Shown: positions 9,401 to 21,848, counted from the first letter of the stretch. The stretch is 41,319 nt of DNA from Neovahlkampfia damariscottae (GCA_016618085.1 JABLTG010000171.1:1-41319), one strand, 5' to 3'. Numbers and translations: made by a program. Notes: generated by a model not told the origin, from the letters alone.

Positions 9401-11637
9401 AAAATGTTTTTTAAAATGACTCTCCAATGATGATTGTTTGGATAATTTTTAACAATTTGATGATAATAATAAATGATAATATTGACATCTTTGGTTTCTT
9501 TTGCTTTTTGAAGTATGAAACTTGGTTCTGATTTATTCTTAATGAAACAATCAATAGCAAACATATATTTTTTTAAATCAAACAATCTATTCCCTAAAAA
9601 ATCTAATTTATTGATTGAGTTGAAATAACTCATCACGAAACCAGTATGATCATCAAATAAACTAATTATTGATTCAATGTCAAAATGGGTCTTTTTTGAA
9701 AGTGAATCAAAATGACACAACATCATATATTGATTATATTGTTGTTTTTTCAAGAATTCAAGTTTTAACTGATTTAAATCAATGTTTAAATGATATTTTA
9801 AAAATATAAAAACATTCAAACATAATTGGTTACTTTTCAATTCAGAAAATAAATCAATCCATTTGAAGACTGATGATTTTTTGATGAAATGATAAATGAA
9901 TGATAATTCTGGATACTTTTTTTTATGAATGAGCTTCACAAGAAATTCATCTTGATTTTTTATTGCATCAAAGAACATTACAACATTTTTGAATTTTGAC
10001 TCTTTTAAGCTCATAAGAAAATTAATTACTTGTGTTAATTCATTTTCATTAAATTTGGCAATGGATACAAACTTTGAAATGAGTGAAACTTCTTTTTTAA
10101 GGTATGGAAATAACTTGACAAATTTTTGTTTTTTACAAATAAATTGAATCAATAGATTAACTCTTTCAGAATCTTGAAACTTGATTATTTTCTGAAATAA
10201 ATAATCAAGGTTGTTTTTATGAAAAACATAACATAGAATTGAAAATTCAGTTGATTTCAGAAAATTTGATTCACCAATGCTGTCAAAATTGACATTGAAT
10301 AATTTTGAAATATATTTCATTGACAAAATGCACTCAGAAAACTGTTTCAATTCAGATAGTTTTCTTGAGTATTCAATGAATTGTGTTTGGGAAAGTTTTC
10401 CGTAATAGTAACATTGAAGAGCTAATTTATGTTTTCCATTTACTTGAAATTCATTTCCAGCACGAAGGTATAATTCATTATCAATTCTTGATAATGATTC
10501 AAAAGAAAATGCCAAACAACATTCACTTTCAATTTCTAATGCTTTTTTGATCCATAATTTTGAATGAAGAACTTTGACAAAATCAAAACAATCTTTGCAA
10601 CAATACACAAGATAATTAATGTTATATTCTTGCATTTTTGAAAGCAACAAACAATTATAACAAAATTTCTGAGAACATCTTTGACAAAAGTTTCCTTTTT
10701 GAAAAAAACCAAATGTTTTTTCACAACGTTTGCAATTGGTAGATTCAACTTTTTTAAAATTTCCTTTTTGGTCAATATAGATTGGAATATCTTCTTTCTT
10801 GATGAATTTCAAAATAAAATTTGGATTCATAATTTTTCCATCACAATCAGTGATAAAAAATTTTTCATAAGTTGATTGAGTTGTTCTAAAAACATCAAAT
10901 AATTTTCCGTAATTGTATTTTGTTGTATAAGCAGGATTCAACTCATCAAAGACAATATCATCCATTTGAGTTGTAGAAATTGGCTTAAATGATTTTTCAA
11001 GCCATTTTAACAAATTATAAGACTCAGAAAATTGTGTTTCTAAATCATCCTTGAAAGTGTTAAATTTAATTTCTTTTGCTTCATCGAAATATGATACTCT
11101 GGTTAAATTTTTTAATGTCAAAAGAGAAGCAACATTTTCATCAAATTGTTCGTGGTGCCAATCCAGTACGTTTTGAAATTCTTTGTTTTGGTTTCTTGGA
11201 CAATTACGAATACAAATACCACAATCAATTTGGTCAAACTTTATATTTAAGCTTGTTGTATTTTGATTCGATAACATTTTTTGTTTGTATTTTTTTGCAA
11301 CATTTGAAAAGTTATCAAATAATCTATCTATTTTATCCCATTCCTTTTGATATCTTTTGAAGTTTTCTTCATATTTTTCTGATAACTTGGGTCCGTTGTA
11401 CAAATCACCAATAGATTCAGAGAAGTTTCCATCTTCATTTTCCAAGTTGAATTGATTTCGTTTTTCTTCATCGGAAAGGATTTCATAAGCTTCATTAATA
11501 CTGAACATATGTTCTGTGTCTCCTTCATAAATATCAGGATGAAATTCTTTTGCTTTCTTCCAATATGCTTTTTTGATTTCTTCAGTGGAAGCATTTGAGT
11601 TAACTTCAAGAATTTTGTAAGGGTTGAACTCTGACAT
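6439..11637 (-). CDS. DnaJ + FYVE-like Zn finger + helical solenoid + DUF1598-like domain + C-terminal HNH-type toxin-like domain (~1730 aa)
   Basis: J domain NPYKILEV...HPD. Eight-Cys FYVE-like finger. Block LLHCDYLLK...HRFWI...[12 protein letters not shown]...VYGGV. Tail SHIRGYL...[20 protein letters not shown]...NMHRG. The first ATG is at 11637. Confidence 0.85.
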   Translation of the reverse strand: MSEFNPYKILEVNSNASTEEIKKAYWKKAKEFHPDIYEGDTEHMFSINEAYEILSDEEKRNQFNLENEDGNFSESIGDLYNGPKLSEKYEENFKRYQKEWDKIDRLFDNFSNVAKKYKQKMLSNQNTTSLNIKFDQIDCGICIRNCPRNQNKEFQNVLDWHHEQFDENVASLLTLKNLTRVSYFDEAKEIKFNTFKDDLETQFSESYNLLKWLEKSFKPISTTQMDDIVFDELNPAYTTKYNYGKLFDVFRTTQSTYEKFFITDCDGKIMNPNFILKFIKKEDIPIYIDQKGNFKKVESTNCKRCEKTFGFFQKGNFCQRCSQKFCYNCLLLSKMQEYNINYLVYCCKDCFDFVKVLHSKLWIKKALEIESECCLAFSFESLSRIDNELYLRAGNEFQVNGKHKLALQCYYYGKLSQTQFIEYSRKLSELKQFSECILSMKYISKLFNVNFDSIGESNFLKSTEFSILCYVFHKNNLDYLFQKIIKFQDSERVNLLIQFICKKQKFVKLFPYLKKEVSLISKFVSIAKFNENELTQVINFLMSLKESKFKNVVMFFDAIKNQDEFLVKLIHKKKYPELSFIYHFIKKSSVFKWIDLFSELKSNQLCLNVFIFLKYHLNIDLNQLKLEFLKKQQYNQYMMLCHFDSLSKKTHFDIESIISLFDDHTGFVMSYFNSINKLDFLGNRLFDLKKYMFAIDCFIKNKSEPSFILQKAKETKDVNIIIYYYHQIVKNYPNNHHWRVILKNILRIKEMNEIQFSNTQCFKMILSFIKQTKIVDIDILIPLLTYASDESKSLILHAFNHDSNFQNHSIVLSIKSKLQKSQENQFRSSLLNAVETMNVKELVLLLLNVNMSTKKVIEEILIQKLGKFQLDSFPDQYKSILLLLKSSITSNINEKVGILCQCFFLFPEENIQKYISKVIENPKMRKSIFQGSFFKNDISIPKVNEYPNKLKITKDLKMIRGFEKGILKNSKTSLESGFLYIDFCMASRSSVSFVNNFLLSQIYFLTAMKESKSKNEIYALWKLIVDLAPEIISIAGSYLNPNLKGYYFENILNIILNAYTIIKPLTSTKPNNSTLIGSIYETIFDQILEEIVQLKRFFSFPSINKNYTTFDMVFLNLLSSEYLKTSLNFISEKSGDTDIPKELAEYYLFEGVWKGWNNDDFSILRKNSMISLLKNKKINIETIEDLMNWPLLERDLDGWLPPKVMNLNFPNKSFHKINGIELTNTNVNLLIEDTGTPLFDSNDISEIFQLGITSAAFTLDQPSELYDSHPFQEMKYSPSNISGTMYLGTLLHCDYLLKMMTTQTEISSRFPFEIKNSSDGFSQRIPRELHEKLILKNRSGKAHRFWIEIDKLDYQKIEKGDNTKIVFSDVKMKIKKHLLSINEKGEYVDAKIDSKDDSPEALFAKNFTENYDEIGKYFPELLRLKELAKISAVYVFLRSEHDMLEAKIKATQTTVQEYFDKLRKDGTYPLNTYSRVHDEVENALSKAISASGVPEYQFSYQQKETFRTQIRSDISNQLERADSQFLSSVSQQLENLSMISISTSDIKSCMKTGNSIHISNRMMMNQKKLITDILKFGISTESNDLYGVNSDPVCCWVPATFNQLDDFRVYGGVSMNLNRMAQNQFSRNHLRNNYKITTNTFKNGFLPQNSTQKMSFAKASAQFKQNCVDNKKLPSHIRGYLQNQYYQKGSWYKVNNPPGYQVGHRIPGLNNPNTFRWEFGKDNMHRGAKYKK

Positions 11638-12033
11638 TGGTATTTTTTTAATCAACAGTTAAAGGAAACAGGTCTTGGTTGATGAAAAATATTTTGATTG
11701 GTGTATGAAAGGAGTAGAATTGATTGGTGTTTTTGAAAGATCTTTTAGACATTTTAAGAAAAGTTTCAATGCAAACATTATATATTACACTGATGTGCCA
11801 TGTCAAAAGGAAACAACAACTGGATCAAAATTGAATCGAGATACAGCTCTCAATTCAAAATACAACATTCAAAGATAAAAAAATCTTTCTCAGAGTCAAC
11901 CATCAATTGAAGATCTATTTTTGTTTTTCATTGCATTGTTCAAATATCCAATCATCATCTGATAGTGAATCTATAAATAGATCAGAAGCAAAGTCACATC
12001 ATTGGCGGATTGTGAGAAGGAATAAAAACTAAA

Positions 12034-14568
12034 ATGAGTTTTCTTTCAGAATTAAAATTAAAAAGTGAAGAAAGACAAAAAGATGAAGTATTTGTTGAAA
12101 TAACCAAAAAAGAAGAAGAAATTGTGGAAGAAACTGAAGAAGAAAAATCTCCGGAAATTGTAAATATTCAAACACCTTCAAGTTCAGGTCCACCAGTTCC
12201 TCCTCCTCCTCCGCTACCACAATGTACTTCAGAATTACCATCAACACCGACTTTATCAACAACACCAAAATCTTCATCTGTTCAAGATGAATTATCAAAA
12301 GTTACTTTAAAAAAAACTGTATCAATTGATAAAAAACCAAATATACATGCAGCAAATCCAGCTGTTGATTTTAATGCGATGTTGTTAAAAAGACATTCCC
12401 AATTAAAAAACAAAGAAAAGGTTGTGACAAATTTTCAAATTACAACCAAAAAAACAGCCTCTGAGTTTTTTATTTCAAAAGAAAAACCTTCAAAATTGAT
12501 AGTTCAAAAAGAGATGGAAGAAAAATGGAGAGTATCTTTCAGTGAAATCAAGTGCCCATTTGTTTATTGTTTAATAGACCAAAAAGATCACAAAATCACG
12601 GTTAAAGGTGGAATTTTGGATGTTCATGAAAAGAAGATTGAACCTTTTTTGAAGAATTTATTGACAGATGCTCCTGGTTATTCAATTATTAATTTAATTG
12701 AAAAATTTTCACAAATCGAAAAGTTAACATCATTTTTATTGAACTCTAAAGAACATATCGATCAACTTTACATCAAAGATTACAAAGATATTAAGGCTTT
12801 TTCATATAAGAACACTGTTATTTCTGTATTGTCGAATTTACGCTTGGTAAAATTGAAACCAACCTATCAAAAGAATTTAGGTATTTTCATTCAATTGCTG
12901 TTAAATTCAATCGCAAAAAATCAATTAAAAGTATTTTTCAAGACAAGTGCAATGGGTGATACAATTTTAATGACTTTAAGCAGACAAAGACAAGATGAAA
13001 CATTGACTTCAATTCTTGATTTTATTTTCGAACATTTGAAAGATGACAATGACTTGAACGAAATATTTACGTACCAAAATGAAAAAAAGGAATCATTGGT
13101 TTCTGTTGCTTCAAAGAATGGATTGAACTTAGTCGTCAAAAGAATCGCAAAATACAAAGTAAAGGATGATGTTTTATTGGATGAAATTATCAACATCACA
13201 AATTCCAAAGCAACCAAACAATTCATTGAAATATCAAAATCATTAATTCATGCTGATTATTCAATGAGGTTATTAGATAACATATTGAAAGGAAATTTGT
13301 TCAATGAAGATGATTTGTTGAAACAACTTTCAAATTACAAAGCAAATTCCGACAAACAAAGAGAATTAAACACTTTTGAAAAGTCAATTGAATTGGGATT
13401 TGAAAATGCTTGTTTGGAAATGATCAAAAAAGAGATGGTTCCAATTGATTACAAGATTGATTCAATTCCTCTTCTTCATTTTGCTTGTGGTTCTGCAAAA
13501 ACTGAAAAATTAGCTTTGTTTCTAATAGAAAGGGGAATTTCATTGAATTCAATGGATTTTATCAACGAAACACCTTTATTTTATGCATGTAGATGTGGAA
13601 ATTTGTCACTTGTGAAAACTATTATCTCAGATTCATCAATCAACATCAATCATGAAAATATGAACGATAAAACAGCTTTGAACATTGCAATAGCAAATCA
13701 AAAGGTAGATGTTGTTAATTATTTAAAAAATGAATGCAAAGCATCATTCAATGTTCCACAATACCATAAACTTCCTTCGGATATTATGGAATATATTTTA
13801 ACTTTCGTTTCAACTCATCAATATGATTATTTGAACTTTAAACTGGTCAATTCTGATTTTTATGAATATGCTAATTCAGAATCATTGTGGTCTGCATTTT
13901 TATTTCAAAGATACAAATACAGTAGGATTGAATCGTTACATGGTTCATTTAGGATTTCTGGATTTGTTTTAAAGCAAAGAGAATTGATGTCAAAATTTGT
14001 TGATGAAAAAACTAAATACAAAGGAATTGCATTCTTTGCTTCATTTCATAAAATCAGTCAATGGAAAGATATCGAAAGTCATAAATTATTTGAACAACTT
14101 GCTATTGTTGAAAAATTTGATCAAAAATCCATCAAAAACATCAAATTATACTCCAAAGACTTTTTTTCAGAATTGGAGAACTCAATATTACAAGCACCAA
14201 AAATTGCTACTTTACCAAAAGATATCAATTGGAAAGATGTCTCTTCACCAAAAGAATTTGAAGAATTGTTAGAAACAGGAGAAATATCAAAGGATTATAT
14301 TGATAAATTCAAATCGTGTTTCATTCTTCATGAAAATGATGCAATTGATTATTTATCCAATCATTTGAATTTTAACAAAAAGTTGAGATTTATTTATGGG
14401 AGTTCGATGTCTAATCATGGAGATCATTTTATGAAACAACAAATCTCAGGAAAAGTCTTTCATTATTTCTGTTGTGCTTCCGAAGACTATATTGCTATTT
14501 TGACATCCAATACTAAAGTCAAACAAAAAAAAATCGATTACAAATCATTATTGAAACCAATCAAATAA
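12034..14568 (+). CDS. Pro-rich / WH2 - ankyrin repeat - F-box protein
   Basis: PPVPPPPP, WH2-like VQDELSKVTLKKT, ankyrin repeats (PLLHFAC, ETPLFYAC, KTALNIAI) and F-box LPSDIMEYILTFV...LVNSDFY...LW. Confidence 0.85.
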   Translation: MSFLSELKLKSEERQKDEVFVEITKKEEEIVEETEEEKSPEIVNIQTPSSSGPPVPPPPPLPQCTSELPSTPTLSTTPKSSSVQDELSKVTLKKTVSIDKKPNIHAANPAVDFNAMLLKRHSQLKNKEKVVTNFQITTKKTASEFFISKEKPSKLIVQKEMEEKWRVSFSEIKCPFVYCLIDQKDHKITVKGGILDVHEKKIEPFLKNLLTDAPGYSIINLIEKFSQIEKLTSFLLNSKEHIDQLYIKDYKDIKAFSYKNTVISVLSNLRLVKLKPTYQKNLGIFIQLLLNSIAKNQLKVFFKTSAMGDTILMTLSRQRQDETLTSILDFIFEHLKDDNDLNEIFTYQNEKKESLVSVASKNGLNLVVKRIAKYKVKDDVLLDEIINITNSKATKQFIEISKSLIHADYSMRLLDNILKGNLFNEDDLLKQLSNYKANSDKQRELNTFEKSIELGFENACLEMIKKEMVPIDYKIDSIPLLHFACGSAKTEKLALFLIERGISLNSMDFINETPLFYACRCGNLSLVKTIISDSSININHENMNDKTALNIAIANQKVDVVNYLKNECKASFNVPQYHKLPSDIMEYILTFVSTHQYDYLNFKLVNSDFYEYANSESLWSAFLFQRYKYSRIESLHGSFRISGFVLKQRELMSKFVDEKTKYKGIAFFASFHKISQWKDIESHKLFEQLAIVEKFDQKSIKNIKLYSKDFFSELENSILQAPKIATLPKDINWKDVSSPKEFEELLETGEISKDYIDKFKSCFILHENDAIDYLSNHLNFNKKLRFIYGSSMSNHGDHFMKQQISGKVFHYFCCASEDYIAILTSNTKVKQKKIDYKSLLKPIK

Positions 14569-14627
14569 AAAATGCGCTTTATTCCTATAAATATTTCCAC
14601 CAATAGAATTGATTCAAATTTGATGAA

Positions 14628-15443
14628 TTACTTTTTGATTGAATTGTCTGTAAAAATTATAACATCTGAGTAAATTTTCAATGTTGTATTTGATTCGCTT
14701 AATTTAATATACATTTTCGTTTTGTGATAATGAGCCAGCAGAGTCAAACCTTCTTCTTGATAATAATTAACTTTATCTTTTGCCATTTTTCTTGTCCTTT
14801 CATCATCACAAGTCATAAGTGAATAAAAAATCAAATAAGCTTCATTCAAATTTTTTTCAACAAACAAACCTTTTTCATGGAATTCAGCAACACAATATAA
14901 TGATTCACAATCATTATTTTCAGCTGCTCTTGAATACCAGTAAAATGATTTTTCAAAATTTTGTTCACATGATTCACTTCCTTCTTCAAAAGCCACAGCA
15001 CAATTGAATTGTGAATCAATCAAGTTATTTTCAGCTGCCTTCACCATCCAAAAGAATGCTTTATGAACATCTTTTGGTGTTCCAGTGCCTCGTTCGTAGT
15101 AAATTGATAAATTATGTTGAGCATCTCCTGAACCTTTTTCAGCTGCTATTTTATAAAAGTTAAAAGCTTCATCGTCATTATTTTGAAGTCTTGATATTTT
15201 ACCAAGTATGAAATAGTCATCTGCTGTTTCTTTTTTGATTTCGTTTTTTAAATTTGTGAGTATGTCAAAACCTTCAACAGGTTTTCCTTGTTTTATCAAT
15301 GATTCTGCGTAGTAAATGGAATGAAAATTTGTTTTTTGTGATTCTGATAAAATTTCAATACCTTTCCAATCTTCTTTTTTTCGTAGTATTTTTATTTCTT
15401 TTGTGAATGGTACTTCTTTCCAGTCTTGTTCTAAATGTCTCAT
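14628..15443 (-). CDS. Sel1-like repeat protein
   Basis: AAEKGSGDAQHNLSIYYERGTGTPKDVHKAFFWMVKAAE and further Sel1 repeats. The first ATG is at 15443, with a CCAAT box just upstream. Confidence 0.9.
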   Translation of the reverse strand: MRHLEQDWKEVPFTKEIKILRKKEDWKGIEILSESQKTNFHSIYYAESLIKQGKPVEGFDILTNLKNEIKKETADDYFILGKISRLQNNDDEAFNFYKIAAEKGSGDAQHNLSIYYERGTGTPKDVHKAFFWMVKAAENNLIDSQFNCAVAFEEGSESCEQNFEKSFYWYSRAAENNDCESLYCVAEFHEKGLFVEKNLNEAYLIFYSLMTCDDERTRKMAKDKVNYYQEEGLTLLAHYHKTKMYIKLSESNTTLKIYSDVIIFTDNSIKK

Positions 15444-15578
15444 AGGAAAATGATTGGTCAATTCAAAGGATCAATTAAATAGAAAAATAATACTTAAATA
15501 CTTATAGTTGAAAGTGAAATTGTGAAAGTTGAATTATCAACAAAGATGATTGGACAATTTCAACAGAAAATTTAACTC

Positions 15579-16829
15579 ATGGATGCAGAGGACAGTCCTG
15601 ACTTATCCAGAGTAAAAGGATATTTTTACTTCAATAAATATCAAAGTCAAATAACAGAACCCGTAGAATACTATCGAAAAAAACAAAAAAAACAAATTGA
15701 GTTTTTCATTGAAGTACCGGAAATTTTGGACGTTATTTTCCAATTTACATCAAACTACATTGATGTTCTTCTGAATTTTAGGTTAGTTAGCAGAAAATAT
15801 TGGCACATAATTGATGAAACTGATTATTTTTGGCAACACAAACCTATCAAATATGATATAATACCAGCACCATACTCAGTTTTGAAATTTTTTACACACC
15901 TACATTTGAATGTTTTTCTTGTTGATGATGATGTGAAATTCCTTAGGAACCAAGAATTTTCATCTTTGAAGACACTTGAAATATCAAAAACATATTTCAA
16001 TCAGAATGATGAAACTATCATCAAAATATTTCAAATTGATAAGATAAATATTATAATAGAGGAATTAATTATGTGCATATCATCAGAAAAAATTTTTGAA
16101 TTCATATCTAAGAGTTTATTGAAATTGAAAAAATTGAAATTTTCATTGGAAAAGGGAGGAATATTGAAATTGAATTCTTCATATCCTATAAATACAATTG
16201 AAGAATTAGATATTGAAAACTGTTCTTTATTGGATTTCAGAGAATACAGTGATTCAAATGAAATAGTTTCTTCAAATGTCAATATTTTTCCAAATTTGAA
16301 AAAACTCAAAGCTCGCAATTCTAAAAACGTATCTATGTTACGAAAACAAAATATTGATAAATTAGACATGGATGCACATTTTATAGAAGATGAAATGACA
16401 AATTTGAAGAGTTATCGTGCCATCAAATTCTTGAAAATTTCTGTGCCTCACGACTACGTCTTTGGAGCTCATTTCTTTGATTTTTTAGTTAAAATGCTTC
16501 CAAAGAAAGTAGAATTTCTATTTGAATGTTCTATTAATGAAAATAGTCGCAAATCATTTTTGACTGCAGAAACTTTCATTGAATTATCAAAAAAGATGGA
16601 AATTTCAATAGATCCTCATTTATCAAGTTGTGAAGTTTTATCAGATCCCGAACATACACACTTTATTCTTGTAAAACAAATCGAAACCAAATTTAAAAAG
16701 AAATATCGGACAATTGACTGGAAAAATACTGATGTGAATATTTTTGAATTTATAAATGATGAAAGATTCAAGTACGTATTATTTTGGAACCAAGAGTATT
16801 TTTTGATTGATGAACTTTCTAACAAATGA
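15579..16829 (+). CDS. F-box protein with degenerate LRRs
   Basis: VPEILDVIFQF...FRLVSRKYW followed by LxxLxI repeats. Confidence 0.75.
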   Translation: MDAEDSPDLSRVKGYFYFNKYQSQITEPVEYYRKKQKKQIEFFIEVPEILDVIFQFTSNYIDVLLNFRLVSRKYWHIIDETDYFWQHKPIKYDIIPAPYSVLKFFTHLHLNVFLVDDDVKFLRNQEFSSLKTLEISKTYFNQNDETIIKIFQIDKINIIIEELIMCISSEKIFEFISKSLLKLKKLKFSLEKGGILKLNSSYPINTIEELDIENCSLLDFREYSDSNEIVSSNVNIFPNLKKLKARNSKNVSMLRKQNIDKLDMDAHFIEDEMTNLKSYRAIKFLKISVPHDYVFGAHFFDFLVKMLPKKVEFLFECSINENSRKSFLTAETFIELSKKMEISIDPHLSSCEVLSDPEHTHFILVKQIETKFKKKYRTIDWKNTDVNIFEFINDERFKYVLFWNQEYFLIDELSNK

Positions 16830-16840
16830 AAAAGATTGTT

Positions 16841-17494
16841 TTATTTTTTACTCTTGTGCAAAGATTCTTTGAATAAAACCATATTACTTGAATCGTACAA
16901 TCCATCTTCTTCATCTTCATTTTCATTTGTTGCGCCAAAAGTATATTTTTCTATATCATCATTTTTTAAAGATATGTCCAAAATGATCATTTCACATTCC
17001 TTTTCCAATCTCATTTCGTCTATTTTGATCAATTTAAATCTGAATACTATTTCCATTGATCCATCAACAAAACAACATGAAATTTCATCATTTTCTTCAA
17101 CAACATCAGTTGCAATTATTTCCAAAACATTCTCTTCTTCTTCTTTCCATTCATCATAATCATAACTTTTTTGTTTGATGATTGGATCATTATGATAATT
17201 TGTGATTGATATTTCAAGACATGCACTTACGTAACCATTGTAATAATGAACAATCCTGTTGGTAGTAATTGTATCAGGAAAATTTTTTAATTTTTTTGTT
17301 CTCAATTTGTAATTTGAAAAAGCTTCTTTGTTTGTATTTTTTATAGTTTGAAAATCTCTTTGTAAAAAATAGTTCCATGAATTGTGAATATTTTCATGAA
17401 TTGATTTTGAAGCTTCTGATAAGTTTAAAACAGTACCCATGTCTAAAAATGAAAATATAGTTGTACCTTCAACACCAGACAAATAATTCTCCAT
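16841..17494 (-). CDS. F-box-like protein
   Basis: N-terminal IFSFLDMGTVLNLSEASKSIH...W...RDF. Confidence 0.7.
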   Translation of the reverse strand: MENYLSGVEGTTIFSFLDMGTVLNLSEASKSIHENIHNSWNYFLQRDFQTIKNTNKEAFSNYKLRTKKLKNFPDTITTNRIVHYYNGYVSACLEISITNYHNDPIIKQKSYDYDEWKEEEENVLEIIATDVVEENDEISCCFVDGSMEIVFRFKLIKIDEMRLEKECEMIILDISLKNDDIEKYTFGATNENEDEEDGLYDSSNMVLFKESLHKSKK

Positions 17495-17633
17495 TAAAGT
17501 TCAAAAAATGGTTTTTTTCAATCAAAAAGCAAACAAAATCGTTATCCAATCATTTTTTTTCATGTTTTGAAGTTCAAAATGAAAATTTATTTTTTGGATT
17601 GGCTATCTTATTGGTGGAACAATTTGGTTAATC

Positions 17634-18307
17634 ATGAAGTTAAACGAAAACACAAAACTTGTAAGATTCAAGAAATTAATCTTTAGGTTGGAGATAAAGT
17701 AATATTTGTTCCTTATACCAAAGAACATGTCGAAAAATACCACATCTGGATGAAAGATCCTTTTTTACAAGAAATGACTTGTTCTGAACCTTTATCAATT
17801 GAAGAAGAATATGAAATGCAACAAACATGGCATTTAGATGATAATAGTATTTCAAAAAAAACACTAAAAAAAAAAAAGAATTAACATTCATCTTGTTGGA
17901 TAAAGAATTTTCAAACAAACAAGAAACAATGGAAGGAATGTGTGGAGATATAAATATATTCATCTCTGAAAATGATGAAAATGAAACAATTGGTGAAATT
18001 GAAATCATGATAGCAGAAGAAAAAAGTCGAAAAAAAGGAATAGCAAAAGAATCAATAAAAATGATGATAAAATATGGTAAGTCAAAAAAAAAAAACTAAT
18101 TCTTTTTCTAAAGCGAATGAAGAATTAAAAATAAATAAATTCATTGCAAAGATTATTGATACAAACCAAAATTCAATAATTTTATTCAAAAAATTAGGTT
18201 TTAAAGAATTAAAATATGTTAGTGTATTCAATGAATATCATTTTGTATTAGACTTAAAAAAAGATAATTTTGAATTTTCAAGTTTTATTCACAATAAATA
18301 TTTGTAA
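17634..18307 (+). CDS. NAT9: N-acetyltransferase 9-like GNAT; introns 17661-17686, 17847-17878, 18077-18113
   Basis: Spliced product MKLNENTKLVGDKVIFVPYTKEHVEKYHIWMKDPFLQEMTCSEPLSIEEEYEMQQTW...GDINIF...GEIEIMIAEEKSRKKG matches the NAT9 pattern. Confidence 0.9.
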
Positions 18308-18342
18308 TGAAACAAACCAAATTTTTTTGAAAAATAAATGAT

Positions 18343-21300
18343 TCAAATCATTTTTTCTTCTTCTTCTTCTTCAATAATCATTTTTGATGATATTGAGTTG
18401 TTATTTGAATTGTTCATATTATTTATTATCAATTGATTATTTTTTAAATACCCATACCCATTAAGGATTTCTCTTTGTTGTAAAGATGAAATACCTGTGT
18501 TTTTTAAATTGACACCTGTCAAATTTTTTGATTTTTCAAGAAATTCAATAAGTGTACTAACATTGAAAAGAACATTTGTAATTTCAATTTCTTTCAATTT
18601 TTCAATGTTTTTTGAAATTAAATTTTGTGATGTAAATTCATATATATCTACTAATTTAAATTTCAATAATGATTCACATTCTAAGTTTATTGATTCTAAT
18701 GATTGACAATTAGAAAGTGAAAGTTGATTTAATTTTGAATGAATTATTGTTGGTTTAATTAAACCACAATTTGAAACATCTAAATTATTTAATTCTTGAC
18801 ATTTTAATAGTAAATTTGATAAAATGTCATCTTTGATTCCTAAACAATTGACTAACTCAATTTGTTTTAAATCTAAACAGTTTGTAAAGCTTAATGTAAC
18901 TAAAGCAGCACAATCTTTAATTGAAAGTTCTTTTAATTTTTCAGTTCCTGTTACAAATAAAATCAATTTCGGACAAAATGTAATTTTAGTTTTTACTGTA
19001 CTTTCATTCCAAACATAAAATTTTAAAAGATTTTTACAAAATGTCATTGAAATTTTTCGAATTTCTGAATCAACTAAAATTTTAACAAATGAACCACAAT
19101 TAACAAATTCAGCAACTTCAACAGAAACATCTAATAATTCACTTGTTAAATTAAAATTCAATGATTTGCAATCATGAAATGATAAAACTGATAAATTGGA
19201 TTTGGAAATAAAAGGTGACTTTAAAAAGTTACATTCAACAAATCTTAATTGTTTCAAGTTTTTAATTTCAAATTTTGGTTTCAATAATCCATTACATTTA
19301 CTAAACACCAATGTTTGAATTCCTGTATTTAATTTTAAACTTTCAACAATATCATCTGTCAAATCATTACATTCAGAAAATAATATTTCTGATGTTGATT
19401 CATTTTCTTCAAAATTTACATCTTTCATTTTTGGACATTGTTTGAAGATTAATTTTTTAAGTTTTGAACATTTCAATGTTGGTTTAATCAAATTTTCACA
19501 TTTTGTAAAATGTAAATCTGTCAATTCTTGACAATCAATACGTGGATATTTCACACCAACACAATTAAAGATTTCTAAAAATTTAACATTTGGACATGTT
19601 TTTGAAATGCTTTGAACTGTTTCATCACTAATAGTTGAGCAATTTCTTAAAAATAATTTGGTTAAAATTTTGCTACTAACACAAATATTATTCATATTTG
19701 TACAATCTGTCATTTGAATTCCTATTGAAAATTATTAACAAAATGAAGGAGGTTAGGTCTTACCTTTGAGATTTGGAGCTTCTAAATTTGGTGATTTCAA
19801 GTTTTGACAATTTGAAATAACTAATGCTTGTAAATGATTCAATTTATCACATAATTCAGCTAAACAATCATCATCTAAATTCTCAGCATTTGAAATGGAT
19901 AACATACTAATTGAAGGACAATTTGTTGTAAATTCTTCAATTTTATCAATTGAATATTGAACATGTGGTGAACCTAATGCTAATTTATCTAATTTTGGAC
20001 AATTTAATTTTGGTAATTCTTTTAATTCTTTACAACCTGATAAATTGAGAGCATCTAAATTTTCACAATCAAAAGAAGCATTTTCAAGTAAAATAGCTCT
20101 GTGGAAATTCAAATTTACCAATTTTTGACTTTTTATATGAATATTTTGTAATTTTGGAAATTGTGTTTGTGGTAAGATGAATAATTGAAATGAATTTAAA
20201 ATTGGACAATCAATATTGAGTTTTAAAAGTTCAGAGCATAAATCTAAGCTGAGTGTCTCAAGTTTTGGACATTTCAAGTTTAAATCATTAATATCATCAG
20301 ACATCACAAAAATAAGCTTATTTAAAGACGATGATGTAACTTCAAGTGTTTTTAAATCTTTACATTGTAAATCAAAAAGTTCAAGTTCTTTTAAATGAGT
20401 TAATTTTGAAAGGATTTTAAAATCAACAGTAGTGAGTTTTGATGATCTAATTTGTAATGATTCAAGTGTTTCTAGGTTATTTAAATCTAATTGTTCAATT
20501 CCATTACATTGTTCAAATGATAATTTTTTAAGTTTTGGACAGTTAATCACTGGAGCATAGAATTTTGATAATCTTGAAAAATGAAGATGTTCAAGTGATT
20601 CACTTTCAAAATTAGGTCCATATAATGTCACATTTGAGCAAACAATGAATTCCTTGAGTCTTTTTAAGTTTGAAAAAATAATTTCAATTGATTTTGAATC
20701 TAATGAAGTGAAGCCTTTGATACAAAGTTTTTCAATATTTGGACATTGTTCTACAAACTTGTAAAGTGTTTCATAACTGATTTTACCAAATTCTAAGCAA
20801 CAAGTTTTGAGGAAAAGCTTCTTTTCTTTTACCATTTCTGAAAGTTCAAAATCTTGAATAACCACACCTTTATCTGATTCATGAGTAAGTAAACTAATTT
20901 GTTTAAGTTTAGGACATCTTTGAAAAATGAAAGCGAGTGATTTTGAAGTCAAAGAAACACATCCATCTAAAACAACCATAGACAAGGTTTTTAATTTTTT
21001 TGTAAGAAAGTCCATTCCTAAATCTGTTATTTTCTGATGATTAATAAGCTCTAAATGTTTCAAATTTGAGAACTGAGCAAGTTGCTTCAAAGATGAATTA
21101 CTTATGCTTGATACGTCACCAACTGAAGGAGGTATAGCTAAAGTTGAAAGTTTTGGATATACATTTTTAAGTTGTTTGAAATTAGCAGCACTTAATTTTG
21201 AACAAGATTTTGGAAGTATAACTTTTCCTTCGAAATTTTTTTCTGGCATAACTGAAGAAAGAAAACTGACAACCTCTGGTAAAGTAGTAACTTTAAACCC

Positions 21301-21594
21301 TTGAAAGTCGATTGATTCCCATAAACCTTTACTCATTCCAAGTCTAGACCATTTTTTTGAGACTTTTATAATGTGAGAGAGTATGAAGCTTTGGGAAACA
21401 AAACTGAAGATTAAACTTAAAACGTGGTTTGGTAGAGTTGTTAAAGTCCAGGATACATATCTTTTTTTCAAAACTATGGTCCATTCGTTTTTTAATTTTT
21501 TTTAAATCAACTTACGTGGTGTTTCTTCTTCCCAAGTTGTTTTTCTTTTTTTTGGGATTTCTGGCTTGAAAGCAAACTCGTTTTTTTGTTCCAT
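18343..21594 (-). CDS. F-box/LRR protein (~1055 aa); introns 21474-21515, 19722-19763
   Basis: F-box LPNHVLSLIFSFV...VSKKW followed by many Cys-containing LRRs (CPKLKKL). The GT-AG introns join three ORFs in frame. Confidence 0.9.
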
Positions 21595-21848
21595 CTCTCT
21601 AGTTTTTTCGTTTTGATTTTTTTTTTGAAGCGTGGAAATAACTTGAAGCAGTTTGAAACTTAACGTTTTGCGATTGGTGGAAATTACCTTCAACGTGAAC
21701 TTCAAAAAAAAAAATGCAGTTGACGTGGGATGACCAATAATTTTTGAACACGTATTCAAAATTGAACTATTCATTTTTTAAATTGTTATTAAATAGGAAA
21801 CGTAAAAACGGAATGAATTATTAAAAATAAATTCTCTTTTTTTTTTAT

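Noticed and set aside
11675..11878. 67-aa ORF between the DnaJ-toxin and ankyrin genes
   Set aside because: It has a TTG start, is short and has no recognisable motif; at most a gene remnant.
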